The translations under genes were made by a program, and so were the position numbers. 64,000 nt of DNA. Source: an uncultured virus (IMG/VR IMGVR_UViG_3300027578_000004). Lineage: Duplodnaviria; Heunggongvirae; Uroviricota; Caudoviricetes. Positions 20,034 to 30,105 of the stretch are shown in pieces. The notes under the pieces were generated by a model that saw only the letters and a list, made by a program, of their open reading frames with translations, made no database searches and was not told the origin of the DNA. Location: the IMG/VR virus record IMGVR_UViG_3300027578_000004. One strand, given 5' to 3'. Numbering within the stretch: position 1 is the stretch's first letter; each line of letters starts with the position of its first letter.

Positions 20034-21215
20034 TCATCTTCCTACTTCACCAAAGTAAAGTTTTTTTGAGTCTTCATAAGACATTCCGATCATTTTATTG
20101 TAATACAGAACGTCTCCCTTCAATCGATTCTCACTTTTGAGAGTCTTGTATCTCGCAATCGCCTTTTGTCTCCACCAATCAATAATGTATTTTTCATTGT
20201 AAATTGGATTCAACTCTAGCTTGCTTTCTTCAATTTCTCCTTTTAGGAAATCCCTACTATTACGATAGGGACAAGCATAGTATGTTCCACGTTCATATCC
20301 ATGGACATATTCAGCTGCTTTAATTTCACACTGAGAGAAAATCATGCTCAACACACGATTCTTGGCACCAGTTACAGGTCCACTAACACCTTCTTTCTGG
20401 GTCATTGCCTGTTTGTATTTGTCGGCTTTGTTCTCTTTAATCCAATCGTGCCATACCTTGTAAATGTCATCGTCTGGCTTGATAGTCATTTTACCACTAC
20501 TAGTTCCACACTTGTGCCACCATTTAAGACTATTATACATACTGTAACTGCCATATAGACTGGTTGTGGTAATACCAGCCAGAGTTTGCCCATACAACTG
20601 CTTCCAAAGATTTCTTACAGTTTCACCAGTTACTAACCCCGCAATCAACTTTCCACCCAAGAAGTTGTATCCAAATGGTTGGGTAGACATAATACAACTA
20701 CCAATTGCACTGTTGTTCAGCTTCTTACATTTTAGTTTTGCATCGGGAGTCCAACCAATATAGTTATCACGATCAGTAATTGTAATAACATCACTGGACA
20801 TACTAATAACACCAAGATATCTAGGATTATCTTTGTTGCCATCGCTAATCAACAATTTGATGAATCTGCCTGGGGTTTGATCATATGCCATTGTATGAAC
20901 AAACGTTCTAAGCATTACCCATTCAGTATCCAGTGCAGTATTATCTACATGAACTACTGTTGGATTAATACTTTCAATTTCCTTAATAGTGGCTGCTTCA
21001 TCATTTAGATCTGTGGGTGTCCAAATCTTGTTTCTGGCAATTGCTGCTCGTTCAGAATAATGATTTAATTCTTGCAGTTCGACCCACTTCTTGTAGAAGG
21101 TTTGTTCTTCTACAGACATCGACTTGAGATAATTGAGATTGTCAATTAGTTTCTTCTTGTTTGTCTCATAGTCGAATTGTTCGATTCCACTAAAATATTC
21201 TTGTAATACGTCCAT
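20034..21215 (-). CDS. DUF4338/DruA-like conserved phage protein
   Basis: PGR, YLGVI, QPFGYNFLGGKLIA, TTTSLYG, SMYN, G-T-S-G motifs as I recall them for this family. Confidence 0.55.
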   Translation of the reverse strand: MDVLQEYFSGIEQFDYETNKKKLIDNLNYLKSMSVEEQTFYKKWVELQELNHYSERAAIARNKIWTPTDLNDEAATIKEIESINPTVVHVDNTALDTEWVMLRTFVHTMAYDQTPGRFIKLLISDGNKDNPRYLGVISMSSDVITITDRDNYIGWTPDAKLKCKKLNNSAIGSCIMSTQPFGYNFLGGKLIAGLVTGETVRNLWKQLYGQTLAGITTTSLYGSYSMYNSLKWWHKCGTSSGKMTIKPDDDIYKVWHDWIKENKADKYKQAMTQKEGVSGPVTGAKNRVLSMIFSQCEIKAAEYVHGYERGTYYACPYRNSRDFLKGEIEESKLELNPIYNEKYIIDWWRQKAIARYKTLKSENRLKGDVLYYNKMIGMSYEDSKKLYFGEVGR

Positions 21216-21234
21216 ATTTATAAACTAGTATACC

Positions 21235-21474
21235 ATGAAGTTTAAAAAGATCAATCCAAAAGAAGAAACGTTTTTTGTATTCGAAACGAGTCAAAGATCT
21301 TTTAGTATATTTGACAGTCAATTGGATGAACCTATCTATTATGGTAGTTGGAACATGTGTGAAGGTGTTGTTAAAAACATCAAAAAACACATGAAAGATG
21401 CTTCTATCTATTACTACTCAAAAGAAAAAAGCGGACAGCTTAAGCTAAGTCCGCTTTGGTCTCACAATATTTGA
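21235..21474 (+). CDS. Hypothetical protein
   Basis: 79 aa; preceded by TATTTATA (21215-21222) on its own strand. Confidence 0.65.
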   Translation: MKFKKINPKEETFFVFETSQRSFSIFDSQLDEPIYYGSWNMCEGVVKNIKKHMKDASIYYYSKEKSGQLKLSPLWSHNI

Positions 21475-21482
21475 ATCAACTA

Positions 21483-21854
21483 TTACACAGACATAGTGAC
21501 GTTCTGTGAATTGGTTGACTCAGCAATCGTGACAACAGACTCTTCCTTAGAAGCATTGACAGTCAAAACATTGACACTCAATCCATCCTTCAGCACAACA
21601 CCCTTACTCTTTGCTTCTGCAATATGTTCTTGAGTAATAGGTGAACATGCTAACACCAAACGAGGACGACCCTTACCATTGTGAAGATATCCAACCTCCG
21701 AAACCATGTTATCAGAGATCGCCTTCTTGAGTCGAACTCGCAACGTGATGTTGACAAACTCGGGATTCTTCTGGTTCAGTTCCTCAATTGTGAAGATATT
21801 CTTCGGCCAATTAACGGTGAGGTTTGTCTTGTTCTTACGATCAGTCTTTTTCAT
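21483..21854 (-). CDS. Putative winged-helix DNA-binding protein
   Basis: FTIEEL...TLRVRLKKAI...VG...GKGRPRLV fits a wHTH with a GRP wing. Confidence 0.5.
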   Translation of the reverse strand: MKKTDRKNKTNLTVNWPKNIFTIEELNQKNPEFVNITLRVRLKKAISDNMVSEVGYLHNGKGRPRLVLACSPITQEHIAEAKSKGVVLKDGLSVNVLTVNASKEESVVTIAESTNSQNVTMSV

Positions 21855-21929
21855 TTTTTATCCTTTCTTGTATTTATGTTTATAGTTTAGGTATGATATA
21901 CCTGTGTTTAAATTATATCAGAAGAGTTG

Positions 21930-24029
21930 TTATACGTCAACACTTTCCAACATCTTTTTATTGAGCGTGTTCACAATCTGATTGATATTTTCAACATTAA
22001 TAAACACACCATCCTTGCCATACATGGTTTTGAACATATTAGCAGATTGTGGCGGAACAGTGTTATTTTCACTAATGAAGTAAGAAATAACCCGATAGTT
22101 CATGCTACGAATCTTGTTAACTTGTTTTCTGGTATGAGAAGCAGCATCAGCACCACTATATGCAACGGGTATCTGAACGCTTTCGCCGTTGAAAGAAAAA
22201 CATGGTTCGCCATCAGAAATATTGATGAAGTAGCTGTCCATATCAGCCCCACCTTCAGGCATTTCTTTCATGATTGCCTCAAAACTCAATCCTTCGGGAG
22301 TCAACCCGTCTGGATGAATAAAAGCAAACAAATTCTTGATCTTGACAATCTTATCCTTATTGGAATCATATGCCATCACAACATACGGCATCTTATCCAT
22401 AGTAGACCTAAAACTAATGGTGACACGAATGTTTTCCAACATACTGGCAGCCTTAGCAATTGAAGTGCAAAGAAGCATAGTCTTATTCCACTTGCTTCCT
22501 CTCATACTAGCACTAGCATCAACACTGATATGAAAGTTCATCTTCTTGTATTTAGAAGTAGCAGTAGTGTAAAAGATGTTTTCTGCATCAAAACCCAACT
22601 CATGGATAATACGCTTGTCAAGCCGTCCAGTTTCCCTGCGAGTAAACTTTTCAACATTTACTTCGTTACGAAATTGAAGACGCTTACCAATCTTGGTTCC
22701 AAGACTAATACCACGATCAATGATTTTCTGTAGCTCAATAACTTGAGGAATAGAAGACACATCCTTGTATCCATACCAAGACCTAACAGGTCCAAGCGGA
22801 AACTCTTCAGACATAGCCAGTTCCTTAGTAAGGTTCTTGACCAAAATACATTCAATAGCGCCAACGTTGTTCTGACTAATAACATATTCGTTACCAACGT
22901 CGATCAGATCAATTTGACTACGTTCCAATATATTAAGAACCTGATTCTCCTTCTTGGAAACCTTCTTCTTCTTAAGATTACCAGAAACAAATTCCTTCTG
23001 CTTTTCAAAAGCCCTTGCAATCTTGCTCTTCTTGGTTTGAGACACACTATCATCATCGCCAACATTAGTATTGGCAGTAGGTGCATCCGTTGTCTCTACA
23101 GAGGTAGTATCGCCACCAAGAGCATCTTCTTCATCTTTAGGATTAACCTTGTCAGACTTTTCACCAGATTCAACCTTGGTTTCTTGACCCTTGGAATCCT
23201 CATTTTGTCCGTCGCCACCAGAAGCATTGACATCCATCTTGGGTTGAGGAACCATCTTAGCTTCGTTGATGTTCTTGAATATAATTGTAGCAACTTCAAA
23301 CGCACACTCAAGACGAGACATACCAGTGTCCAATCGACTGATGTTTGTCAAATTGATAGTCTTGGCAATTTCATACAGACCAGGCAAAGCATCCAGATCA
23401 GTATACTCATTGGTGATATTGATGATACGATATATGTATGACTCGGTGTTAAGCGACCTGTATAGGTTGCTCTTGAGTCCATCATCAATGATACTGGTGT
23501 TGAAATACTTGTCGTAAAGCGCCTCATAGTAACCTCGGTAACCAGGCGCATTCTTGTATACAGTGTAGTCAATGTATCGGTCTTCGATAATATTGAACAA
23601 AGTCTTACAGACGTTTGCCACTTCCTCCTTGGAAATGTTCAGGTTAATGGCACAGTCATAGATTTCTCTAGGAACCTTCTGCCACAAAGTCTTATACAAA
23701 TCAAAATCAGAATAACAGATGTGGCTGCCTTCATGCAGCGCCAATCCGACAGCTACATCAAAGTTATTCTTTTCATTAACATCAGCACCAATATACACGG
23801 TCTTACCGTCAGTCATACTAACGTTTTGATCGTTAAACATGACGGGGATGTTTCTACTGGTGAGAATTGACACGTAGTTAGAAATAGCCCTACGTGCGGC
23901 CGACAACCTAATTAGGTGAGCAGTCGTTTCAGTCTGGGCACTAGAAAGATCAAGATCATCGGATTCGTCTGTAAAATCCCAATCCATGTCATAATCCTTC
24001 ATCCAGAAGTCGCTGTGTTGCTTTCCCAT
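21930..24029 (-). CDS. Metallopeptidase-like (HExxH) + von Willebrand A domain protein (CobT-like MoxR partner)
   Basis: TDGKTV, LHEGSH, NIIEDRYID, acidic linker, GRLD, MIDAS VDASASM, TPEG, ISDGEP. Confidence 0.85.
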   Translation of the reverse strand: MGKQHSDFWMKDYDMDWDFTDESDDLDLSSAQTETTAHLIRLSAARRAISNYVSILTSRNIPVMFNDQNVSMTDGKTVYIGADVNEKNNFDVAVGLALHEGSHICYSDFDLYKTLWQKVPREIYDCAINLNISKEEVANVCKTLFNIIEDRYIDYTVYKNAPGYRGYYEALYDKYFNTSIIDDGLKSNLYRSLNTESYIYRIINITNEYTDLDALPGLYEIAKTINLTNISRLDTGMSRLECAFEVATIIFKNINEAKMVPQPKMDVNASGGDGQNEDSKGQETKVESGEKSDKVNPKDEEDALGGDTTSVETTDAPTANTNVGDDDSVSQTKKSKIARAFEKQKEFVSGNLKKKKVSKKENQVLNILERSQIDLIDVGNEYVISQNNVGAIECILVKNLTKELAMSEEFPLGPVRSWYGYKDVSSIPQVIELQKIIDRGISLGTKIGKRLQFRNEVNVEKFTRRETGRLDKRIIHELGFDAENIFYTTATSKYKKMNFHISVDASASMRGSKWNKTMLLCTSIAKAASMLENIRVTISFRSTMDKMPYVVMAYDSNKDKIVKIKNLFAFIHPDGLTPEGLSFEAIMKEMPEGGADMDSYFINISDGEPCFSFNGESVQIPVAYSGADAASHTRKQVNKIRSMNYRVISYFISENNTVPPQSANMFKTMYGKDGVFINVENINQIVNTLNKKMLESVDV

Positions 24030-24060
24030 AAATTAAGTCGGTTAATTGTTGTTTATACTA

Positions 24061-25041
24061 TTAGAACGGAACCTGATTGTTTTCCTTGATAGGATCGTTG
24101 AACAGATTGGTCTTGGATTCAGTCTTGATATACTTTTGAACAAGCTGTTTCACATAGGTCCGTTCACTGTCAACGCCACCATCGTCACTGAAATTAGGAT
24201 AAATGGTAGTCTCGGCAATTTCAAGCAAATTAAATCCGTCAACAATAAGTTCAGCAATCTCGACGGTTGAACGAGTAGGAAGAAAGTTGGTAATCTTGCT
24301 ATCTTCCAACTTGACTTGCTTGCGGGTGTGATCCGCAATGTCACAGACGGCATTAAGCATATCAAGCTTATCTACATCAGTGATATCAAATCGAGACTTC
24401 AACAGTTCAAACTCACTGGCACGATCCAGAGGAGTCATTTCGATCTTGACTGGGAAACGTGAAAGCAAAGCACGGTCCATAACACGGGTAGCGGTGTATT
24501 CATTACCAACGTTTGCAGTAGCAATAAATGTGACCCCATCCGCAACCTTCACAATTTCACTATCTTCCTTCTCATCAAGACGAAGATAACGTTGAAGGTC
24601 ATCAAGAACGGTCATAAGAATATTAACACCATCGTGATGAGAACGAGAAATTTCATCAAGAAGAATGATGGCGTTGGGAGTGCGAATAGCCTTAACAAAG
24701 CTGGACTCCTTGAAGAAGGTTCCACTAGACTTGTCGAAGTGCGTATTTCCAATAAGAGATGCACGGGCATCTTGAGTAGCTCCAAGATTGAAGTAGAAAA
24801 ACTTGTTTTCCTTACCAACAACCTTGGCAACAGTTTGAGCAGCAAGAGTCTTGCCGCAACCAGTGGGTCCAAGAAGAAGAATGTTCTTGCCACGAATTGT
24901 GGACCGAACCATATACTTCCACTTGACATCATCCATAATCAGAGAAGATGGACGCAAATCCTTGCACGTATCAAGGAACTTCTTAATATCAAAATTCGCC
25001 GTCACGGTCAAATTCATTTCATTGCCTTTTTTGTTTTTCAT
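24061..25041 (-). CDS. MoxR/CbbQ/CobS-family AAA+ ATPase
   Basis: GPTGCGKT, LIG, ILLDEISR, FIATAN, MDRALLSRF, PTR. Start placed downstream of the promoter; an alternative ATG lies at 25017. Confidence 0.9.
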   Translation of the reverse strand: MKNKKGNEMNLTVTANFDIKKFLDTCKDLRPSSLIMDDVKWKYMVRSTIRGKNILLLGPTGCGKTLAAQTVAKVVGKENKFFYFNLGATQDARASLIGNTHFDKSSGTFFKESSFVKAIRTPNAIILLDEISRSHHDGVNILMTVLDDLQRYLRLDEKEDSEIVKVADGVTFIATANVGNEYTATRVMDRALLSRFPVKIEMTPLDRASEFELLKSRFDITDVDKLDMLNAVCDIADHTRKQVKLEDSKITNFLPTRSTVEIAELIVDGFNLLEIAETTIYPNFSDDGGVDSERTYVKQLVQKYIKTESKTNLFNDPIKENNQVPF

Positions 25042-25061
25042 AGGTGATCTCAACACCACCT

Positions 25062-25089
25062 ATACTACCACACAGTTTTTGTATGTCAA
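25062..25089 (-). promoter_or_regulatory. Early-type promoter for the MoxR-vWA pair
   Basis: TTGACA-N16-TAGTAT with GTGG before the -10. Confidence 0.65.
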
Positions 25090-25098
25090 CACCCAAAT

Positions 25099-25126
25099 AA
25101 AAAAACCGCTGATTTTGTCAGCGGTT
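25099..25126 (-). terminator. Rho-independent terminator
   Basis: 9-bp stem AACCGCTGA/TCAGCGGTT, 5-nt loop, T-run on the minus strand. Confidence 0.75.
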
Positions 25127-25148
25127 CCTTTTGTTATTTTTAATCAAA

Positions 25149-25496
25149 TTAACGGTGCCAGTGATGATGGTGATGATATCTGTAAACCGGCGTTGGACAG
25201 CCTGGATACACTACCACACTAGGTGACGCATAATAAACAACTGGAGCAGGCTGCACATAAACAACAGGTGCTGGTTGAACCACTACTGGCTGTTGGACTA
25301 CCACGGGTTGTTGAACTACTACTGGCTGTTGAACGTAAACCACTTGAGGAGCAGGATTTACAATCTTATCAATAACATGAACAACAGCTACACCTGTCAA
25401 AACCTTACCAACTGTTGCCCATTCACGATCTCCCGCCTTGACCGTCTGTGATGCTAATACCGAAGCAAGAGCAACACCCATTACCATTTTAATCAT
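25149..25496 (-). CDS. Secreted low-complexity protein (PVVVQQ repeats, His-rich tail)
   Basis: Signal peptide, GDREWATVGKVLTG, PVVVQ x3, C-terminal YHHHHHWHR. Confidence 0.75.
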   Translation of the reverse strand: MIKMVMGVALASVLASQTVKAGDREWATVGKVLTGVAVVHVIDKIVNPAPQVVYVQQPVVVQQPVVVQQPVVVQPAPVVYVQPAPVVYYASPSVVVYPGCPTPVYRYHHHHHWHR

Positions 25497-25557
25497 ATAT
25501 GTCCTTTTAGTTATAATTTAGACCAACGAAGATTGGACGAAGACGGATTTATGTTAT

Positions 25558-25923
25558 TCAAGCATGTGGAGGGGTTGGGCCACCACCGCCACCACCCAAG
25601 AACTTTGTAAAAACATATGAAAAAAATGCGCCACCAAGAGCAGAAGCGGTAGTTACCATACCCGCAAGATAATATCTAAAATACTCCAATGCAACCACTT
25701 TATTATTAACTTCTGTAATGTTCTTTGTTAACGTTGCGTTGAAGGTGTCAATTTTATTATCAATCTTTGTTTCTACTTCGTTTATTTTTTTATGCAGCGC
25801 ACTGTTGTTTTCTTTCTCAGTGTTCTGCATCGTTGTCAACGTTGAATTCATCGCCTGTAATTGGGTATTGATTGACGACAATACCGCATCGTAACTATTT
25901 GGATTGAATTCTCCGTCTGCCAT
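25558..25923 (-). CDS. Coiled-coil protein with C-terminal TM helix (holin/XhlA-like architecture)
   Basis: Heptad-rich N-terminus, single hydrophobic C-terminal segment. Confidence 0.5.
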   Translation of the reverse strand: MADGEFNPNSYDAVLSSINTQLQAMNSTLTTMQNTEKENNSALHKKINEVETKIDNKIDTFNATLTKNITEVNNKVVALEYFRYYLAGMVTTASALGGAFFSYVFTKFLGGGGGGPTPPHA

Positions 25924-25934
25924 AACAATGTATT

Positions 25935-26576
25935 TTACTTTTTACGAGCCTTACCGCCCTTGGTGTATTTGACTACCAACTTTTGTAGATTCTTTGGTAG
26001 CTTTGGAGGTTCATAAGATGGATTCTTAGACTTATGATCTACCTGCTTTTCAGTCTTTCCAACAGGACGCATAGGTTCAGTTGGATCATCTTTTGGTTCA
26101 TTCATGGCCTTCGCCTTGATAGACTTTACTACCTTGTTGTCTTTTTCTGGATCAACCAAGTTTTGTTCTTCTGATGCCTTATCTGCTTTCTTACCACCTT
26201 CTTTATCCTTGCTGTTTTCTACATTCTTTTCATAAGCATTATCAACATAGTTTAGTTCTTTTGAATTCAACCATTCTTTGACATACTTCTTGACATCCTC
26301 AAATGGAATATACAAAATCTTTTGACGTTCTACACCGTCTTTAAAGTATTGTAAATCGAAGATATCGTGAACTATAGGGCGAATGTTAATGTGATGAGGC
26401 TCACATTCGCATACGTTGTAGTTTCCAGCATCGTCAAGAGTAATAGGCTTCTTGATTTCTTTAGATAAAGATTCCATCATTTCAGCCCAGGTCTTATTAA
26501 CCTCAGTCGTCTTTTCCTCAATGACCTCTCTTACTATCTTTTTTACAGCATTTTTCAGTTGATCTCTATAGTTCAT
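25935..26576 (-). CDS. Hypothetical late protein, possibly head-internal
   Basis: N-terminal LKNAVKKIVREVIEE, highly charged; late-type motif at 26592-26599. Confidence 0.65.
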   Translation of the reverse strand: MNYRDQLKNAVKKIVREVIEEKTTEVNKTWAEMMESLSKEIKKPITLDDAGNYNVCECEPHHINIRPIVHDIFDLQYFKDGVERQKILYIPFEDVKKYVKEWLNSKELNYVDNAYEKNVENSKDKEGGKKADKASEEQNLVDPEKDNKVVKSIKAKAMNEPKDDPTEPMRPVGKTEKQVDHKSKNPSYEPPKLPKNLQKLVVKYTKGGKARKK

Positions 26577-26628
26577 ATGGTAAGTCTATCATATAAATAT
26601 ACGTCACTCATTAAAAGTGACATATTAT

Positions 26629-27690
26629 TTATAACTTAAATCCGTCGAAAGCATTCTCTGTAATTGTGTTATCCACACCCTTTACATAGCTACTCAACTC
26701 GGTTTCTTGAGGAGCCACTTGAAGCTTCTTACTGTCATAGTAACTGTCCAACCAACCAGCCAATGGATTGGTCTTGGCATTAGGATACAACTTCTTATAT
26801 CCGATGCTTTGTAGACGGTTATTAGCCAACCACTCAACGTAGGTGTTCAAACTATCATTGGTCAATCCAACAAGGTTACCCTTACTGAATAGATAATTAG
26901 CCCAGTCCTTTTCAGCCTCTACAGCGATTTTGTATGCTTCGTATACCTTGTCTTCGGACTTCTTAACAATATCTTGGAATCCTTCTTCCTTGTTTTCACT
27001 CAAATAACGAAGAATATTTTGGGTAATAGCAACGTGTAGATTTTCGTCACGACTGATGAACTTAATAATCTTAGCATTACCCTCCATCTTCCCACGATAT
27101 CCAAAGTAAAAACTACAAGCAAACGACACATAGAAAACAAGACCCTCGGTGATCTGTGTAGCCAAAATAGCATCAAAGATCTGTTGTCGAATGTCATCCT
27201 TGTCGGTTGCCAAAAGAGCATCATACTTCTCACTAATAGCCTTGGCTCTCTTTACAATCTCGGTGTCTTCAAGAATACTATCAAAGAACTTGGTAGCATC
27301 TGGATACACGTTGTTGAGAATGTATGTATATGAATTACTGTGAATAGTCTCAAAGAAACTCCAAGTATTCATACAAATCTCCAACTCGGGATTTGTGACA
27401 TGCTTCATCATTTGGTGAATACTACGACTCAACATACTGTCGGTCATAGTTTGAAACTTGAGGTTACTATCGAATACAAATCGTTCTTCATCAGAAAGAT
27501 TCTTGTAATCACTAATATCCTTCACCAAAGAAACCTCCTGCGGTCTCCAGAAGAAGTTCAGTTGTTGATCATATAGATCATAAAACTTCGGATACTTTTG
27601 TTTGTCATATCGTTGAAGTGACAAGTCCTCTCCCAAGAACAATGGATTCTTCGTTGCGTCAATATTAGTTTTATTCAATACAGTCTTCAT
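26629..27690 (-). CDS. nrdB: Ribonucleotide reductase class Ia beta subunit
   Basis: FFWRPQEV, QTMTDS, ETIHSNSY, EGLVFYVSF, RDENLH, QVAPQETELSSY. Confidence 0.97.
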   Translation of the reverse strand: MKTVLNKTNIDATKNPLFLGEDLSLQRYDKQKYPKFYDLYDQQLNFFWRPQEVSLVKDISDYKNLSDEERFVFDSNLKFQTMTDSMLSRSIHQMMKHVTNPELEICMNTWSFFETIHSNSYTYILNNVYPDATKFFDSILEDTEIVKRAKAISEKYDALLATDKDDIRQQIFDAILATQITEGLVFYVSFACSFYFGYRGKMEGNAKIIKFISRDENLHVAITQNILRYLSENKEEGFQDIVKKSEDKVYEAYKIAVEAEKDWANYLFSKGNLVGLTNDSLNTYVEWLANNRLQSIGYKKLYPNAKTNPLAGWLDSYYDSKKLQVAPQETELSSYVKGVDNTITENAFDGFKL

Positions 27691-27702
27691 ATTCTCCTTT
27701 CA

Positions 27703-30000
27703 TTATAGGGCACATGCACCGCTTTCACAACCAGATTGTTGTTCAATCTTGGGTTCAGGCTTTACTGCCTCTGTCTTTTTATGTTCCATAGCGGTTTGTT
27801 TATCACCATCATCGGTATTAGCGTAATACAAATTCTTAATACCATACTTGTAAGCCATCAACATATCCTTAATAACTTCTTGAACTGGAACCTTGTTACT
27901 AGGATACCTTGAAGGAACATAATAGGTATTTGTGCTGATACTCATATCAGTGAACTTCTGAATAGCAGCAGCCACTCTGAGATATCCGTCATTATCAGGC
28001 ATGTCAAAAGCAAACGTATAATGTTCCTTATACTTGTCAATGCCTGGAACCACCACTGGCAAAATGTTACTCTTGCTTCCCTTGAAACTGATCAAACTAC
28101 GAGGAGGTTCAATGCCGTTGGTGGAACTTTGAATCACACTGCTTGACTCCACAGGCATACAGGCAGTAAGAGTAGAATGTCTCATACCATGTTTCTTGAT
28201 TTCCTCACGTAGAGCTTCCCAATCCATATGTAGAGGTTCAGTGATGAATTCATCAACGTCTCTCTTATAAGTATCAATCGGCAACACTCCTTGACTAAAC
28301 TTAGTTTTGTCAAACTTCTCACACTTACCAAGTTCCTTAGCCATTTCAACAGATGCTTGAATCAAATAGTAACTCTGCTTCTCCATCCACTTGGCAACAA
28401 AGTTTGGAGCATTCTTATCCCAATACTTCAATCCTTCTTTTGCCAACAAAGCAGCCAAGTTACTTACACCAACACCAAGACTACGGCGTCTCTTGGCAAA
28501 GTTCTCAGCAGCCGGAACGAAATAGTTTTGGTGTTCGATCAAAGAATCCAACATTCTAACGATCACTTCACACACACTCTTCATTTCTTCGTCATCCTTG
28601 ATCTCCAACCAGTTTACGGCAGCAAGAATACAAACGCCAATTTCACCATTCTTGTCATTAACATCCTCAATAGGAATCAAAGGATGATTCACTTCAAGAC
28701 ACAAGTTACTGGTGTCAACCTGTTCCAACCAACTGCCGTGGTCGTTAGCATGGTCAACAAACATGGTATAAATACGACCAGTCTCCAAACGTTCCTTGGC
28801 AAGAAGACCCATCAATTCACGAGCAGAAACCTTCTTCTTGAACTTAATGTTCTTGTTGGCTTCAGCCTTTTCATACTTTTCCTTGAAGTCAGCAAATCCA
28901 AAGCTGTTCCACAAACTAGGACACTCATGATAACTGAACAATGTAACTTCCTTGTTTTGGAGGAAACGTTCAAAGATCAACTTATCCAATCCTACACAAT
29001 AGTCCAATTTACGAACACGGTTATCATCAGTTCCGGCATTGTTCTTCAACACCAAGATATCCATGATGTCATAGTGGAACCAAGCAAAGTTAACAGTTGC
29101 ACTTCCACCACGAATACCGTTCTGGTGACAACACTTCACAGTGGATTCAAATGCCTTGGCAAAAGGAATTGGTCCAGTATGAATAACTTCACCATTACGA
29201 ATTGGAGCATTGGTGGCACGCAAACGAGAAAGGTTCAAACCAATACCATAACGACTTGCAGTGGCAAAACCAACTGCACTGTTGTTGCTGAAGATACTCT
29301 TGAGAGTGTCATCAACGGTGAATAGAGAACATGAAGCATAACTCTTCATTGGAGTTCTCACACCAGCCATGATTGGGGTTGGAAGATTGATCTTGTGTTT
29401 GCTGAAATAGTTGTATGCCTTCTTTACATACTCAAGACGACCTTCCTTATAATCCTTGAAGAACGTCATGGCAATCAACATATATGCGAACTGTGGAGTC
29501 TCATAGATCTTCTTGGTTGATCTATTTTGCACCAAGTATTTATCACACAACTGCTTGATACCGGCATAAGTGAAATTGAAATCACGATCATGCTTCAGAT
29601 ATTCGTCAAGCTTGTCGAACTCTTGTTTGGTATACCAGTTGAGAATTTCTTCATCATATACCAAGTTGGTTATGTTTTCCTTTGTGAGGTCATACAACTT
29701 GGGTGGATTCTTGCCTCCCCACACTTCTTTACGAAGATGGTAATTCAACAATCGTGAAGCAACATATTGATAATTAGGCTTTTCTTCACTAATCAAATTT
29801 GCAGCTGCTTCGATCAACATAGAATGAACGTCCTTGGTTGTCATTCCATCAAAGAAGGACAAGTGTGCATTCATTGCTACTTCCTCAAAACCAACACCTT
29901 TGATGTCAACGGTAGCCCATTGCAAAACCTTATTGATTTTGTCTGCGTTGAATTTCTCTACCTTACCGTTACGTTTTTTAATAAAAATCTCTTTGTTCAT
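27703..30000 (-). CDS. nrdA: Ribonucleotide reductase class Ia alpha subunit with ATP cone
   Basis: IKKRNG ATP cone, PTPIMAG, SC, SNLCLE, MPVESSS, NGIEP, LYY, C-terminal CESGAC. Confidence 0.97.
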   Translation of the reverse strand: MNKEIFIKKRNGKVEKFNADKINKVLQWATVDIKGVGFEEVAMNAHLSFFDGMTTKDVHSMLIEAAANLISEEKPNYQYVASRLLNYHLRKEVWGGKNPPKLYDLTKENITNLVYDEEILNWYTKQEFDKLDEYLKHDRDFNFTYAGIKQLCDKYLVQNRSTKKIYETPQFAYMLIAMTFFKDYKEGRLEYVKKAYNYFSKHKINLPTPIMAGVRTPMKSYASCSLFTVDDTLKSIFSNNSAVGFATASRYGIGLNLSRLRATNAPIRNGEVIHTGPIPFAKAFESTVKCCHQNGIRGGSATVNFAWFHYDIMDILVLKNNAGTDDNRVRKLDYCVGLDKLIFERFLQNKEVTLFSYHECPSLWNSFGFADFKEKYEKAEANKNIKFKKKVSARELMGLLAKERLETGRIYTMFVDHANDHGSWLEQVDTSNLCLEVNHPLIPIEDVNDKNGEIGVCILAAVNWLEIKDDEEMKSVCEVIVRMLDSLIEHQNYFVPAAENFAKRRRSLGVGVSNLAALLAKEGLKYWDKNAPNFVAKWMEKQSYYLIQASVEMAKELGKCEKFDKTKFSQGVLPIDTYKRDVDEFITEPLHMDWEALREEIKKHGMRHSTLTACMPVESSSVIQSSTNGIEPPRSLISFKGSKSNILPVVVPGIDKYKEHYTFAFDMPDNDGYLRVAAAIQKFTDMSISTNTYYVPSRYPSNKVPVQEVIKDMLMAYKYGIKNLYYANTDDGDKQTAMEHKKTEAVKPEPKIEQQSGCESGACAL

Positions 30001-30039
30001 AAATTTGTTACAATGGTGATAAATAATTATGTGTCAAAA

Positions 30040-30105
30040 ATGCCGTTGTAAACTATCTGACAGAACTTTTTGAAACTTTTTTTGTCAGGTTTTTTACAAC
30101 GGCAT
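30040..30105. repeat. Long inverted repeat between the helicase gene and nrdA
   Basis: Perfect 13-bp arms ATGCCGTTGTAAA (30040-30052) / TTTACAACGGCAT (30093-30105) enclosing CTGACA (30057-62) / TGTCAG (30083-88). Confidence 0.8.

Noticed and set aside
20034..21215. Complete Druantia defence system
   Set aside because: No DruE-like helicase or other dru genes in the window.
28291..29325. 344-aa plus-strand ORF
   Set aside because: Antisense shadow of nrdA with no recognisable motifs; the same applies to 45178-45981, 33949-34686, 22743-23441 and most other short nested ORFs in the track.
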